Of a stretch of DNA of 52,640 nt, positions 43,492 through 52,640 are shown piece after piece. Below the pieces are notes generated by a model. It saw nothing but the letters and a program-made list of their open reading frames with translations, did not search any database and was not told the DNA's origin. Source of the DNA: an uncultured Dehalococcoidales bacterium (GTDB taxonomy: Bacteria > Chloroflexota > Dehalococcoidia > GIF9 > UBA5629); contig CAZDXZ010000001.1 of assembly GCA_964509615.1 (NCBI GenBank), forward strand, positions 1-52,640. The letters are read 5' to 3'. Each line of letters begins with the position of its first letter. The first letter of the stretch is position 1. The position numbers and the translations under genes are program-made.

Positions 43492-44244
43492 GTGCCTGTT
43501 CTGTATGTTGTTGCCACGCCCATCGGTAACCTTGAGGATATCACGCTGAGAGCCCTGAGGGTGCTGGGCGAGGTTCAATTGATAGCGGCTGAGGACACCC
43601 GCACCTCGCGCAAGCTGCTGAGCAGATACGATATCAAGACAGGATTGACCAGTTACTACGAGCACAATAAGAAGAGCAAGATGCCGGTCCTGCTGAAAAT
43701 GCTGGAGGAACAGGACATCGCCCTTATCTCGGAGGCCGGCACGCCGGGCATCAGCGATCCGGGCTATGAGCTCATCAGGGGTGCGATAGAGAAAGGGTTC
43801 AAGGTCGAGGTATTGCCGGGGCCTTCGGCGGTGACCGCCGCCCTGGCTGTCTCGGGCCTGGCCGCGGACCAGTTCCTTTACCTGGGATTTTTACCGCGCA
43901 AGAAGGGTGAGAAAAGGCGGCTGCTGCAATCGGTCAGTTCGGAGCCGCGGAGCATAATCTGTTTCGAGTCGCCCTACAGGGTAGTTGATTCCCTGTCGGC
44001 CATGCTTGAGACACTGGGAGACCGCCAGGTTGCAGTATGCAGGGAGATGAGCAAACTGCATGAGGAGATATACCGCGGGCTGCTGAGCGCGGCAATCAGG
44101 CATTTCAGCAGGCCGCGCGGTGAGTTCACGATTGTTATACAGGGCACCGGCAGTGTAAAAAAGTCCCTGCGCAAGGCACGGGGCAAATCTAAAATGGGAG
44201 TTAAGTCATGCAAGAACGTTTTCGCAGGGGTGCAATCTCAATAG
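43492..44244 (+). CDS. rsmI: 16S rRNA (cytidine1402-2'-O)-methyltransferase RsmI
   Basis: LYVVATPIGNLEDITLRALRVL, AEDTRTSRKLL, SEAGTPGISDPG. GTG start. Confidence 0.85.
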   Translation: MPVLYVVATPIGNLEDITLRALRVLGEVQLIAAEDTRTSRKLLSRYDIKTGLTSYYEHNKKSKMPVLLKMLEEQDIALISEAGTPGISDPGYELIRGAIEKGFKVEVLPGPSAVTAALAVSGLAADQFLYLGFLPRKKGEKRRLLQSVSSEPRSIICFESPYRVVDSLSAMLETLGDRQVAVCREMSKLHEEIYRGLLSAAIRHFSRPRGEFTIVIQGTGSVKKSLRKARGKSKMGVKSCKNVFAGVQSQ

Positions 44245-44645
44245 GACCGGCCAGGTGCGACGGATGCGACAGCACCATACATCACGGCGATGTATACCTG
44301 TCTATCGACGAGAAGACTTCGGACAAGCTGAAGGAAGAGATCATTTTTATAGACGAGCTGGATTGTTCGGAGTGCGGTAAAAGGATTGAGAACGGCGATG
44401 AATACCTTTTCATAATCGATGGGGACAGCGAGAAGTGTTATTGCCCGGCCTGCTATAAGAAAAAGGGCGGTGAAGCATTCAGGAAGAAGAACAACGGCTG
44501 TGAAATTATATACAGGAAATCGGCCCACCAGTCGAGAGAACTGCGGTTCTGCAAGTCCTGCTGCGAGAAGCGCAAGGCCGGAATAGAAAAGAAGGAGAAG
44601 GGGGACAAGGTTTTCACCTTTTTCCCGTCCAAGACCCTTAAATAA
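44208..44645 (+). CDS. small Cys-rich (zinc-ribbon-like) hypothetical protein with an internal repeat
   Basis: Four CxxC pairs (CDGC, CSEC, CPAC, CKSC). Internal repeat CDGCDSTIHHGDVYLSID / CSECGKRIENGDEYLFIID. Overlaps the rsmI 3' end by 37 nt. Confidence 0.5.
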   Translation: MQERFRRGAISIGPARCDGCDSTIHHGDVYLSIDEKTSDKLKEEIIFIDELDCSECGKRIENGDEYLFIIDGDSEKCYCPACYKKKGGEAFRKKNNGCEIIYRKSAHQSRELRFCKSCCEKRKAGIEKKEKGDKVFTFFPSKTLK

Positions 44646-44671
44646 TACGTTGCAAAAAGGGAGATGCACAG

Positions 44672-46345
44672 TTGCCTGATAACATACTTGTTGCTGTAGC
44701 CTGGCCATATGCCAACGGCCCGCTCCACCTGGGCCACATTGCCGGGGCCTATTTGCCCGCCGACATCTTCGCCCGCTATCACCGCCTGCGCGGCAACAGC
44801 GTGTTGATGGTATCCGGCAGCGATGAGCACGGCACACCCATAACTCTGCGCGCCGAGCAAGAGGGCATTTCCCCGGCGGAGCTGGCCACCAGGTATCACA
44901 ACGATTTTCTTGAAAGCTGGGGGAAGCTTGGCATCTCGTTTGACCTGTTCACCACCACGGATACCGCCAACCATGCGGCGGTGACGCATGACATCTTCCT
45001 TAAACTGCTGGAGAAAGGATATATCTATAAAGGCTCAATGCCGCAGGCATATTGCCCCAACTGCAAACGATATCTCCCCGACCGTTACGTGGAGGGCACC
45101 TGCCCCCACTGCAATTTCAATGCAGCCAGGGGCGACCAGTGCGACAACTGCGGCCACACGCTCAATCCCAGCGACCTGATAGACGTACGCTGCCGCACCT
45201 GCTCTTCGACTCCCAGGTTTGAAAACTCGGAGCATTTCTTCCTCAAGCTGAGCGCCTTCGAGGAACAGCTCAGGAAATGGGTGGGGGACAAGGACTTCTG
45301 GCGGCAGAACGTGCAGAAATTCACTCTGGGATTCCTGGAGGGAGGCCTCAAGGACAGGGCCATTACACGCGATATCGAATGGGGCGTCAGCGTGCCCCAG
45401 CCCGGCTTTGAGAAGAAACGCATTTACGTCTGGTTTGAGGCGGTCATCGGATACCTGTCGGCCAGCCGTGAGTGGGCTTCATCGCAGAAGGATAGCGATG
45501 CCTGGAAGGATTTCTGGACGGACCGGAGCAGGGCATATTACTTCATCGGCAAGGACAATATCCCCTTCCATACCATTATCTGGCCCGCCATGCTGATGGG
45601 CTACGGAGGCCTCAGCCTTCCCTATGATGTCCCCGCCAACGAGTTCCTCACAATCGAGGGCAAGAAGCTGTCCACCAGCCGCAACTGGGCCGTGTGGGTG
45701 CCCGATTTCCTGCAGCGCTATGATCCCGACCCACTGCGTTATTACCTCTCGATCAATATGCCCGAGACGGGCGATATGGACTTCTCATGGCACGAGTTCC
45801 TGCGCAAAAACAATGACGAGCTGGTGGCGACCTACGGCAACCTGGTGCACCGCGTGCTTTCTTTCAACCACCGCAATTTCAATGCCTCGGTGCCTGAGCC
45901 GGGCGAAACGGACGAGGCCGGTGACGCGCTGCTGCAGAAGGCGCGCAACGCGCTGGAACAGGTGGGCAGCCAGCTTGAACGCTGCCATTTCAAGGAGGGG
46001 CTCAAAATCGCCATGGCCCTGGCGCAGGATGTCAACCGCTTCCTCGACGACACGGCGCCCTGGAAGATGATCAAGCAGGACCGCCAGGCTGCCGGGAGAT
46101 CGGTATATACAGCCATAGCCGCCATATCGGCGTTGAAAACCATGCTTTATCCCTTCCTGCCTTTCACATCGCAGAAGCTGCACTCCTATTTGGGCTTCGA
46201 GGGAGATATACGCGATGCAGGGTGGGACTTTCAGATTCCTCAACCCGGCCGCGCACTGCCCCAACCCCAGGCGCTGTTCACCAAATTGGAGGATAGCCTG
46301 GTTGAGGAGGAGATGGCCAGGTTGGGGAGCGGCGAAACAGCATGA
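44672..46345 (+). CDS. metG: methionine--tRNA ligase
   Basis: HIGH region PYANGPLHLGH, zinc knuckles CPNC..CPHC..CDNC..CRTC, KMSKS variant KLSTSRN. TTG start. Confidence 0.92.
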   Translation: MPDNILVAVAWPYANGPLHLGHIAGAYLPADIFARYHRLRGNSVLMVSGSDEHGTPITLRAEQEGISPAELATRYHNDFLESWGKLGISFDLFTTTDTANHAAVTHDIFLKLLEKGYIYKGSMPQAYCPNCKRYLPDRYVEGTCPHCNFNAARGDQCDNCGHTLNPSDLIDVRCRTCSSTPRFENSEHFFLKLSAFEEQLRKWVGDKDFWRQNVQKFTLGFLEGGLKDRAITRDIEWGVSVPQPGFEKKRIYVWFEAVIGYLSASREWASSQKDSDAWKDFWTDRSRAYYFIGKDNIPFHTIIWPAMLMGYGGLSLPYDVPANEFLTIEGKKLSTSRNWAVWVPDFLQRYDPDPLRYYLSINMPETGDMDFSWHEFLRKNNDELVATYGNLVHRVLSFNHRNFNASVPEPGETDEAGDALLQKARNALEQVGSQLERCHFKEGLKIAMALAQDVNRFLDDTAPWKMIKQDRQAAGRSVYTAIAAISALKTMLYPFLPFTSQKLHSYLGFEGDIRDAGWDFQIPQPGRALPQPQALFTKLEDSLVEEEMARLGSGETA

Positions 46346-47304
46346 ACCTCGATCAGATATACGCCCCGGTCAGGCCCGGCCTCGATCTGGTGGAATTGAA
46401 GCTGGAGGAGATCTCCGGTAATGAGATACCCCTGCTGGCGCAATTGCTCCAGTATGCCCTTCTGAAAGTCGGCAAAAGGGTCAGACCCGCTCTTACGCTG
46501 CTCAGCGGCAAGTTTTACAATTACGACCTCGAGACACTCATCCCCATGGCCGCAGCCGCGGAGGTGCTTCATATAGGCACGCTGGTACACGATGATATCA
46601 TCGATAATGCCGATATGCGCCACGGCAAGCCGGCTGTTTATCGTACCTGGGGACAGAACAGCGCCTTGTTGCTGGGGGACTATTTGTTCTCAAAGGCGGG
46701 CAGCCTGGCCTCCACTACGGAGAACCTGCGGGTTATCAGGCGTTTCAGCGAGACGCTGATGACGATCTCCGGCGGCGAGCTCCGTGAGGGCAGCCATATA
46801 TTCGATATGGCCGTCGCCAGGGACAACTACTACAAGTGGATCAGCGATAAAACGGCCTGCCTGTTTGTGATGGCTTCCGAGTGCGGATCGGTACTGAGCG
46901 GCTGTCCCGAGGATCAGGTGCGGGCCCTCAAGGACTACGCGCTCAATTTCGGGCTGGCCTTTCAGATTATCGACGACATACTCGATTTCGTAGGTGACCC
47001 GTCCACGCTGGGGAAACCTATCGGCTCAGACCTGAACGAGGGCGCTGCAACGTTGCCGTCCATACTTTACGCTGAGAAAAATCCGAAGGACGGCACGATA
47101 CAGGCCATTATCAGGGACCGTCGCAAGGACCTTGTGCCGGCCGCAGTGGAGAAGGTGCGGGTGTCCGGCACCATAGACGAATGCAGGTCAATCGCGGATG
47201 GATTTGCTCAGAAGGCCAGCCTTTCACTGGACAAGCTGCCGGACTGCGATGCACGCAGGTCGCTCAAGGCGCTGGTAGCCTTCGTTATCGAGAGGAACAG
47301 GTAG
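46342..47304 (+). CDS. trans-polyprenyl diphosphate synthase (hepta-/octaprenyl type)
   Basis: First DDxxD in LVHDDIIDNADMRHG, second in FQIIDDILDF. ATGA overlap with metG. Confidence 0.88.
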   Translation: MNLDQIYAPVRPGLDLVELKLEEISGNEIPLLAQLLQYALLKVGKRVRPALTLLSGKFYNYDLETLIPMAAAAEVLHIGTLVHDDIIDNADMRHGKPAVYRTWGQNSALLLGDYLFSKAGSLASTTENLRVIRRFSETLMTISGGELREGSHIFDMAVARDNYYKWISDKTACLFVMASECGSVLSGCPEDQVRALKDYALNFGLAFQIIDDILDFVGDPSTLGKPIGSDLNEGAATLPSILYAEKNPKDGTIQAIIRDRRKDLVPAAVEKVRVSGTIDECRSIADGFAQKASLSLDKLPDCDARRSLKALVAFVIERNR

Positions 47305-47310
47305 GCGCGG

Positions 47311-49155
47311 TCAGGAGGCCGGTGCGGCCTCGAGGCCGGCTGCAGGGATGGGATCGTTGATCAGCCTGTCGAAAGTGCTGTCGTCTATGGTCTCTTTATC
47401 TATCAGATACTCGGCGATGTATTTCAGCCGCGGCTTCTGTTCCGTCATAATTTCCAGGGCTTTAGTATACGCATCCTTTACCAGTGACTCCACTTCCTCG
47501 TCGATCTCCTGCGCCACCTTATCGCTGTAGTTCTGCTGCTCGTGGATCTCCTTGCCCAGGAAGATCATCTCCTCTCTCTTGCCGAAGGTGCGCGGCCCCA
47601 GTTTCTGGCTCATGCCGAACTCGGTGATCATGCGGCGGGCGATAAGTGTGACCTTCTCCAGGTCGTTCTGTGCGCCGGTGGTCAATTCACCCAGTGAAAC
47701 CTGCTCGGCCGCCCTGCCCGCCAGGCTGATGATCATCATGTCCTTGAACCTTTCGTAGGTTTCGAGATGCCGCTCCTCGCTGGGCAGGAACCTGGTCCAT
47801 CCTCCCATCATGCCCCTGGCCACAATGGATATTTTATGTACGGGGTCGGCGTTGGGCAGCATCTTGGCCGCCAGCGCGTGGCCGGTCTCATGATAGGCAA
47901 TTAATTCGCGCTCCCTCTTGGTAATCACACGTCCCTTCTTCTCGGGGCCGGCGATGACGCGGTCGATGGAATCCTCCAGCTCCTTCTGCCCGATGTCCGT
48001 GCGGTTCCGCCTGGCAGCCAGTATGGCGGCCTCGTTGATCAGGTTGGCCAGGTCGGCGCCGCTGAATCCCGGCGTTTGCCGTGCGATCACATCAAGTTTG
48101 GCTTCCTTGGCCAGCGGCTTGCCCTTGGCGTGGACGGCCAGTATGGCGCTGCGTCCGTTTATATCCGGCTGGTCGATAACGATATGGCGGTCGAACCTGC
48201 CCGGTCTAAGCAGGGCGGGGTCGAGTATGTCCGGCCGGTTGGTGGCGGCCAGCACAATAACGCCGGTATTGCTGTCGAAGCCGTCCATCTCCACCAGTAT
48301 CTGGTTCAGCGTCTGTTCTCGTTCGTCATGCCCGCCGCCCAGGCCCGCTCCCCTGTGCCGGCCCACGGCGTCTATCTCGTCCACAAAGACGATACAGGGT
48401 GAATTACGTTTGGCCTGATCGAAAAGGTCGCGCACGCGCGATGCGCCCACGCCGACGAACATTTCGACGAATTCGCTGCCGCTGATGGAGAAGAAGGGCA
48501 CGCCCGCCTCGCCCGCAGTGGCCTTGGCGACCAGTGTTTTACCGCAGCCGGGAGGGCCGACCAGCAGCAGGCCCCGCGGTATGCGGGCGCCCAGTGCCAG
48601 GAATTTCTGCGGCGACTTGAGGAACTCCACCACTTCCTGGAGCTCGCCCTTGGACTCGTCTATGCCGGCCACGTCGGCAAATGTGACGGTGGGCTTGTCG
48701 CCCGATGCCAGTCGCGCCCGGCTCTTACCGAAATTGAAGGCCTGAGTGTTGGCGCCGCGCGCAGAGCGGAAGAGGAAGAAAAGAAGAGCGCCGAAGAGGA
48801 CCAGGGGCAAGAAGCTCAGCATAATGCTGCCCCAGTCAAAGCCGCCGGTCTTCACATCGAACTTGATCCCGCCCTCACCCAGGTTGACGCCCGCCTCCTT
48901 GAGGCTGTCCATCAGCTCCTTGGTGCTGCCCACGTACGCAGCCTTGACTACGGCCTTGTCATCCTTGAGCCCGATAATGGAGTTGCCGTCCTGCTGTATG
49001 GTGTTGATCTGCCCGTTCCTGGCATTGTCGATGAACGAGTAGAAATCTACTTCCTTGGGTCCTTTGTTGATGGGAAAGAAGCTGAATGCGAGCGCGAGCA
49101 GGGCCACCAGTATGAGTAGGTAGAGAAGGCTACCTTGCCACCATCTTGCTTTCAT
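47311..49155 (-). CDS. ftsH: ATP-dependent zinc metalloprotease FtsH
   Basis: Two N-terminal TM helices, Walker A GPPGCGKT, Walker [12 protein letters not shown] region [20 protein letters not shown], and zinc site HETGHAL. Confidence 0.95.
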   Translation of the reverse strand: MKARWWQGSLLYLLILVALLALAFSFFPINKGPKEVDFYSFIDNARNGQINTIQQDGNSIIGLKDDKAVVKAAYVGSTKELMDSLKEAGVNLGEGGIKFDVKTGGFDWGSIMLSFLPLVLFGALLFFLFRSARGANTQAFNFGKSRARLASGDKPTVTFADVAGIDESKGELQEVVEFLKSPQKFLALGARIPRGLLLVGPPGCGKTLVAKATAGEAGVPFFSISGSEFVEMFVGVGASRVRDLFDQAKRNSPCIVFVDEIDAVGRHRGAGLGGGHDEREQTLNQILVEMDGFDSNTGVIVLAATNRPDILDPALLRPGRFDRHIVIDQPDINGRSAILAVHAKGKPLAKEAKLDVIARQTPGFSGADLANLINEAAILAARRNRTDIGQKELEDSIDRVIAGPEKKGRVITKRERELIAYHETGHALAAKMLPNADPVHKISIVARGMMGGWTRFLPSEERHLETYERFKDMMIISLAGRAAEQVSLGELTTGAQNDLEKVTLIARRMITEFGMSQKLGPRTFGKREEMIFLGKEIHEQQNYSDKVAQEIDEEVESLVKDAYTKALEIMTEQKPRLKYIAEYLIDKETIDDSTFDRLINDPIPAAGLEAAPAS

Positions 49156-49267
49156 ATATTACCTTAGTTCAACAGTCAGCTAATTATAGCAAATGACCCG
49201 GCGATGATAAAGAAAAGTTCGTATAAGAACGATGGTAAATTTGAGCTCTGGCGAATCTGTGATCAGG

Positions 49268-49309
49268 GCAAAACACCCGGCTGTATTCAAATACAGCCGG
49301 GTGTTTTGC
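49268..49309. terminator. 19-bp perfect-stem hairpin between the marR-like gene and ftsH
   Basis: GCAAAACACCCGGCTGTAT-tcaa-ATACAGCCGGGTGTTTTGC, 20 nt downstream of the 49329 gene end on the minus strand. Confidence 0.65.
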
Positions 49310-49328
49310 TTTAGCATACACTCTAAGT

Positions 49329-49802
49329 TTAAGGCCAGGGCAGCGCCTTGGGGCTGAGGTGCAACTCCTTCATGCCGGCCTCTTTCAGCATGGTCAGGGC
49401 CGTCTTGAGCTGTCTCTGCTGCTCTGCGCTCAGTTTGGACAGGACACGCCTGGTTCCTTCTTTCTTCATGGACTGCTTGAGGGCGTTTTCTCCCTTTGCC
49501 GTCAGGGTGATGCGGATGAGGTTTTTGCGCTCCATGTTCTTGGTCCGCTTGATCAGTCCCTGTTTTTCCATGCGCATCAGGATGCCTGATATGGAGTGCG
49601 GCTCGCGCAGCAGCATACGGGAAATCCTGGCGGGGGTGACGTCCTTGCCCATGGCGTCCACAAGGAAAAGGATGGCGGCCGAGGTTGCCGACAGGTTCTG
49701 AGGAAGCAGTTCCCGCTCCCGCACCTTCACGAATATGTCGGCTATCTGCATAATCTGAGTGACAAGGGTATAATCCTTGTCCGCTTTAATCTGCTGTACC
49801 AT
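49329..49802 (-). CDS. MarR-family transcriptional regulator
   Basis: LSATSAAILFLV...VTPARISRMLLREPHSISGILMRMEKQGLIKRTKNMERKN (winged-HTH pattern). RBS GGAGGT. Confidence 0.8.
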   Translation of the reverse strand: MVQQIKADKDYTLVTQIMQIADIFVKVRERELLPQNLSATSAAILFLVDAMGKDVTPARISRMLLREPHSISGILMRMEKQGLIKRTKNMERKNLIRITLTAKGENALKQSMKKEGTRRVLSKLSAEQQRQLKTALTMLKEAGMKELHLSPKALPWP

Positions 49803-50139
49803 TTAATAAATCAACCTCCGTTGATATTTTTAATTAATTTGGAATATCGAGAGCCAACATATATTGCGCAGGCATTAATATTGGCACAGCATCTGATTGA
49901 TCAAGGCAATACGCCTGAAATAATTATGACAATAATTGGGGAAAAGTCAAACCCGACCTTCCTGCATTCCCAAACGTATGTGGTCATCGCTTTGACTTGC
50001 TTCCGCCGTATTTGTTTTTGCGCTGCCAGGGGCGCCTTATCTATGCTATAATCAGGTATCGGGAATATACAACCGGTACTATAGTACTAGAGAGGAGATA
50101 AATCTGGAGCCACTGGAAATAGCCCGAAGGGCAGTCGAG

Positions 50140-50448
50140 TTGGCCTCGGATAAGCAGGCCGAGGATGTGGTGTTGCTGGATATGAGGAAGGCCTGCTCCT
50201 TTACGGACTATATCGTTATCTGCAGCGGCGACAGCGACCGCCAGGTGGATGCCATCCACCGGGAGATTCTAAACTCACTCAAAAAGGAATCGGCTGTGCC
50301 CTACCGCAGCGAGGGGGATTCCGAGTCGGGATGGGTACTGCTGGATTATCTGGGCGCGGTCATACATATCTTCTCGAAAGAGATGCGCCATTTCTACGAT
50401 CTGGAAAACGTCTACGGCAAAGCCGTGCGCCTGCTGACTATCCAGTAA
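50140..50448 (+). CDS. rsfS: ribosome silencing factor RsfS (Iojap family); true start probably upstream
   Basis: DKQAEDVVLLDMRKACSFTDYIVICSGDSDRQVDAI...GWVLLDYLGAVIHIF..E.R.FYDLE. The in-frame upstream codons (LEPLEIARRAVE from 50104) also look RsfS-like and follow GAGGAG at 50092..50097. Confidence 0.8.
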   Translation: MASDKQAEDVVLLDMRKACSFTDYIVICSGDSDRQVDAIHREILNSLKKESAVPYRSEGDSESGWVLLDYLGAVIHIFSKEMRHFYDLENVYGKAVRLLTIQ

Positions 50449-50887
50449 GCCACCGGTCCACGTCCCGGGCATAGATCAATATCTCATCGGGCTTGAAGAA
50501 GATGGCCATTTCTTTTTCCGCGTTCTCGGGAGAGTCGGAGCCGTGGATCAGGTTGTGCTCCATGTTTATGCCCAGGTCCGCCCTGATGGTGCCGGGCGCC
50601 GCTTTCTTGGGATCGGTGGAACCCATGGTCTGCCTGGCGGACTCGATCGCCTTCTCGCCTTCCAGCACGGCCGCTATGATCGGTCCGGATGTGATGAAAT
50701 TAACCAGGTCCCGGAAAAACGGTTTCTCTTTGTGAACGGCATAGTGCCTCTCGGCCAGCGCTCTGTCCATGCGCAGCATCTTGAGGGCCACTATTTTCAG
50801 GCCGCGCCTTTCCAGCCGGGAGAGTATCTCTCCGGCCAGGCACCGCTGTACGCCGTCAGGCTTGACTAAAACAAGTGTCTTTTCCAT
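50438..50887 (-). CDS. ndk: nucleoside-diphosphate kinase
   Basis: EKTLVLVKPDGVQR, GPIIAAVLEG, GTIRADLG, and the active-site NLIHGSDS. Confidence 0.95.
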   Translation of the reverse strand: MEKTLVLVKPDGVQRCLAGEILSRLERRGLKIVALKMLRMDRALAERHYAVHKEKPFFRDLVNFITSGPIIAAVLEGEKAIESARQTMGSTDPKKAAPGTIRADLGINMEHNLIHGSDSPENAEKEMAIFFKPDEILIYARDVDRWLTG

Positions 50888-51024
50888 TTCTTCTCCAAGC
50901 CATATTTATTGCCCGCGAGCGGATACTTATTTTATCCGCAATGCCGCTGTTTTGCCATTCTCAGATTGTTGTCGGCGGCCCAATCAGATAGACTATTACG
51001 CAAAATTATCAGGGATAATCAGGT

Positions 51025-51531
51025 ATGGAAGTTCCAACTTACGTGGCAGTGGCCGTTGATATCATGGTAGTCCTGGTGCTGGTTTTCAGCTTTCTAGGAG
51101 GCTTGAGGCAGGGAGCGCCCAAAGAGATGTGCGGGCTGCTGGCATTTATCGTCGCCCTTTCCATCACGGGCGCCTTTTCGATTTATGTCTTTGCGTGGAT
51201 GAGTTTTACCTCGGACCATTTATGGCGGTCGCTGCTGACCTTCGTGATCACCATGGCCATAATTATGATAATAATGCATATTGTCCTGCTGATACCACGC
51301 CACCTGCTGGACAAGATATGGAGTGGGGGATTTTTCTGGAGCGCTCTGGGCGGCATCTTCGGACTGATCAACTCGGCGCTGGGGATGGTGCTGATGGTGC
51401 TGCTGCTGGGAATCTACCCCGTGCTCGGCTGGCTTAACGATCTGCTGGCGGCCTCGAGCGTTTTAGACTGGCTGGTATCGGTATCCGGTCCCACCGTGTT
51501 GTATCTGATGCATATGACCGGAATATATTGA
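51025..51531 (+). CDS. CvpA-family membrane protein
   Basis: 4 TM helices. The N-terminal VDIMVVLVLVFSFLGGLRQGAPKEMCGLLAFIVAL resembles the CvpA signature (..RGF.RGF..E...L). Confidence 0.55.
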   Translation: MEVPTYVAVAVDIMVVLVLVFSFLGGLRQGAPKEMCGLLAFIVALSITGAFSIYVFAWMSFTSDHLWRSLLTFVITMAIIMIIMHIVLLIPRHLLDKIWSGGFFWSALGGIFGLINSALGMVLMVLLLGIYPVLGWLNDLLAASSVLDWLVSVSGPTVLYLMHMTGIY

Positions 51532-51544
51532 TCGGCGGCAGCGG

Positions 51545-52225
51545 TCAGTATTTCTTTTTGCGCTGTGTAATGGGAGGCTGTCTCAGGTAAATAGGCTGAA
51601 GCGTAACCGGGTTGTCCGGTTGCCCGGATTTCAGTCTCTGCCATCCGAGGGACGATATATAGCCCGGCCGCCTCAGGCGCTGCTCCCATTGCGGGATAAC
51701 GGCGTTCTTCCCCAGCGCCTCACGGATATGCTGAGCGGCAGCGGCAGGTATCTCACCGCAAAACAGAGTCTTGCGGCGGGTATTTTCGCACAGTGCCTCA
51801 ACGGTGGTGAGATGCTCCTCTTTCAGCTGTCGCCATTCGTGCTCATAATGATAGAGTGCGGCGGCGATTTCTCCCCTGCCGGCATCGTGCAGCGGGCAGA
51901 GCGGCAGGTCGCTGAAAGCAAACATAAAAGCTTCCGCTTCGAGCGTGCTGACGCCCACCAGCGGCAGGTTGAGGGAGAAGGCCAGTCCCTTGGCCGCACT
52001 GATGCCGGCACGGAGCCCGTTGAAGCTGCCGGGACCGATGGCAACGAATACTGCGGACAGAGACCTGAAGTCCGATCTCGCGGTTTGCAGCAGCCTCTCG
52101 ATATTGGGGAAAAGCTCGGAAGTATGGTTCTGGCCCGGCTTCCAGGTCAGCTCCGCGACAGAACTGCCCTCCAGGGAGACCGCCAGGCCGCCCCAGGATG
52201 TCGAAGTATCTATTGCAAGTTCCAT
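51545..52225 (-). CDS. tsaB: tRNA t6A37 biosynthesis protein TsaB (YeaZ)
   Basis: MELAIDTST..GGLAV, VAIGPGSFNGLRAGISAAKGLAFSLNLPLVGVSTLEA. Confidence 0.88.
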   Translation of the reverse strand: MELAIDTSTSWGGLAVSLEGSSVAELTWKPGQNHTSELFPNIERLLQTARSDFRSLSAVFVAIGPGSFNGLRAGISAAKGLAFSLNLPLVGVSTLEAEAFMFAFSDLPLCPLHDAGRGEIAAALYHYEHEWRQLKEEHLTTVEALCENTRRKTLFCGEIPAAAAQHIREALGKNAVIPQWEQRLRRPGYISSLGWQRLKSGQPDNPVTLQPIYLRQPPITQRKKKY

Positions 52226-52640
52226 TTATCCTCCCCGTCGTTTTGCAGTGAGGCCTTTAAACGGTTGACCAGTTCATCGTATCTCTTGCCGTGGGGGATG
52301 AAGGAGATGCTGCGCTTCTCGCCCGGCAGGTGCGTGAGCCTGATGGTCAGGTTGTCACCGGGCAAAACGTAGGCCCCTTTATCTGCCCATTCTATGGCGC
52401 AGACGGAGTCGTCGCGGAAATATTCGTCCAGGCCGAGGCCTGCGATCTCCTCAAGATGGTCGAGCCGGTAAAGGTCGAGATGGTAGAGGGGAAGCCGGCC
52501 ATGGTATTCGCGGGCTATCATGAAAGACGGGCTGCAGGCATACTCGTCTATACCCAGGCCGAAGGCGATACCCTGCACCAGATGTGTTTTACCTGTGCCC
52601 AGGTTGCCGGTCAGCAGATAGACCTGGTTGCCCTCCGCCA
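52210..52640 (-). CDS. tsaE: tRNA t6A37 biosynthesis ATPase TsaE (5' end beyond the window)
   Basis: Manual extension of track ORF 52210..52578 to the window edge gives ...AEGNQVYLLTGNLGTGKTHLVQGIAFGLGI... (P-loop), then SPSF.IAREY...LYHLDLYRL and CAIEWADK. Overlaps the tsaB start by 16 nt. Confidence 0.85.
   Translation of the reverse strand, partial: AEGNQVYLLTGNLGTGKTHLVQGIAFGLGIDEYACSPSFMIAREYHGRLPLYHLDLYRLDHLEEIAGLGLDEYFRDDSVCAIEWADKGAYVLPGDNLTIRLTHLPGEKRSISFIPHGKRYDELVNRLKASLQNDGEDKWNLQ

Noticed and set aside
50048-51026. Identical 12-mer ATAATCAGGTAT at 50048..50059 (upstream of rsfS) and 51015..51026 (overlapping the cvpA-like ATG)
   Set aside because: There are only two short copies, and both overlap -10-like (T/G)ATAAT sequences. 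Most simply this is chance similarity of promoter regions. It hints at a leaderless cvpA transcript but is not enough to call a repeat element.
1-52640. Search for CRISPR arrays, tRNA/rRNA genes, transposases, integrases, phage or defence-system genes
   Set aside because: By eye I saw no direct-repeat/spacer arrays, no tRNA-like T-arm (GGTTCGAATCC-type) in the intergenic regions, and no transposase, integrase, nuclease or helicase ORFs. A proper tRNAscan/Infernal/IS search was not possible here.

Overview
Densely coding, GC-rich bacterial chromosomal window. I found no rRNA, tRNA, CRISPR array or mobile element by eye. The gene content (glycyl radical enzyme, many Fe-S proteins, Gram-positive-type LexA box) suggests an anaerobe, possibly Chloroflexota/Dehalococcoidia-like; that placement is inference only. 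The right third (43.4-52.6 kb) is ordinary housekeeping: rsmI, metG, polyprenyl synthase, ftsH, rsfS, ndk, tsaB, tsaE. The interesting part is 4.6-28.2 kb. (1) A tight six-gene operon (4591-14371) encodes a FadD-like acyl-CoA ligase, an NMO/FabK-like flavoenzyme, a crotonase, an unusual CrtI-like/FNR/2Fe-2S three-module fusion, a glycyl radical enzyme (GRE) and its activase. The GRE Cys loop is neither PFL-type (CC) nor dehydratase/lyase-type (C-x-E). (2) After rlmN come seven same-strand tandem FadD-like acyl-CoA ligase paralogs (16008-28180). They sit behind a near-consensus promoter overlapped by a 16-bp perfect palindrome, and are punctuated by GC-rich hairpins. Together these look like an undescribed anaerobic carboxylate or hydrocarbon-derived acid catabolic island; the substrate cannot be read from sequence. 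Other notable items: an SOS-box-controlled small Trp-rich ORF plus dnaE cassette at the left edge; a MarR / Cys-dense Fe-S protein / CcdA-like divergon with a perfect operator palindrome; a GatZ/KbaZ-like::PfkB kinase fusion next to a CoA-disulfide-reductase::rhodanese fusion; and a hybrid histidine kinase paired with a REC-GAF-PAS-HD-GYP protein. Many long antisense ORFs in the track are GC-driven artefacts. Several ORF-track starts are over-extended, and I have trimmed them.
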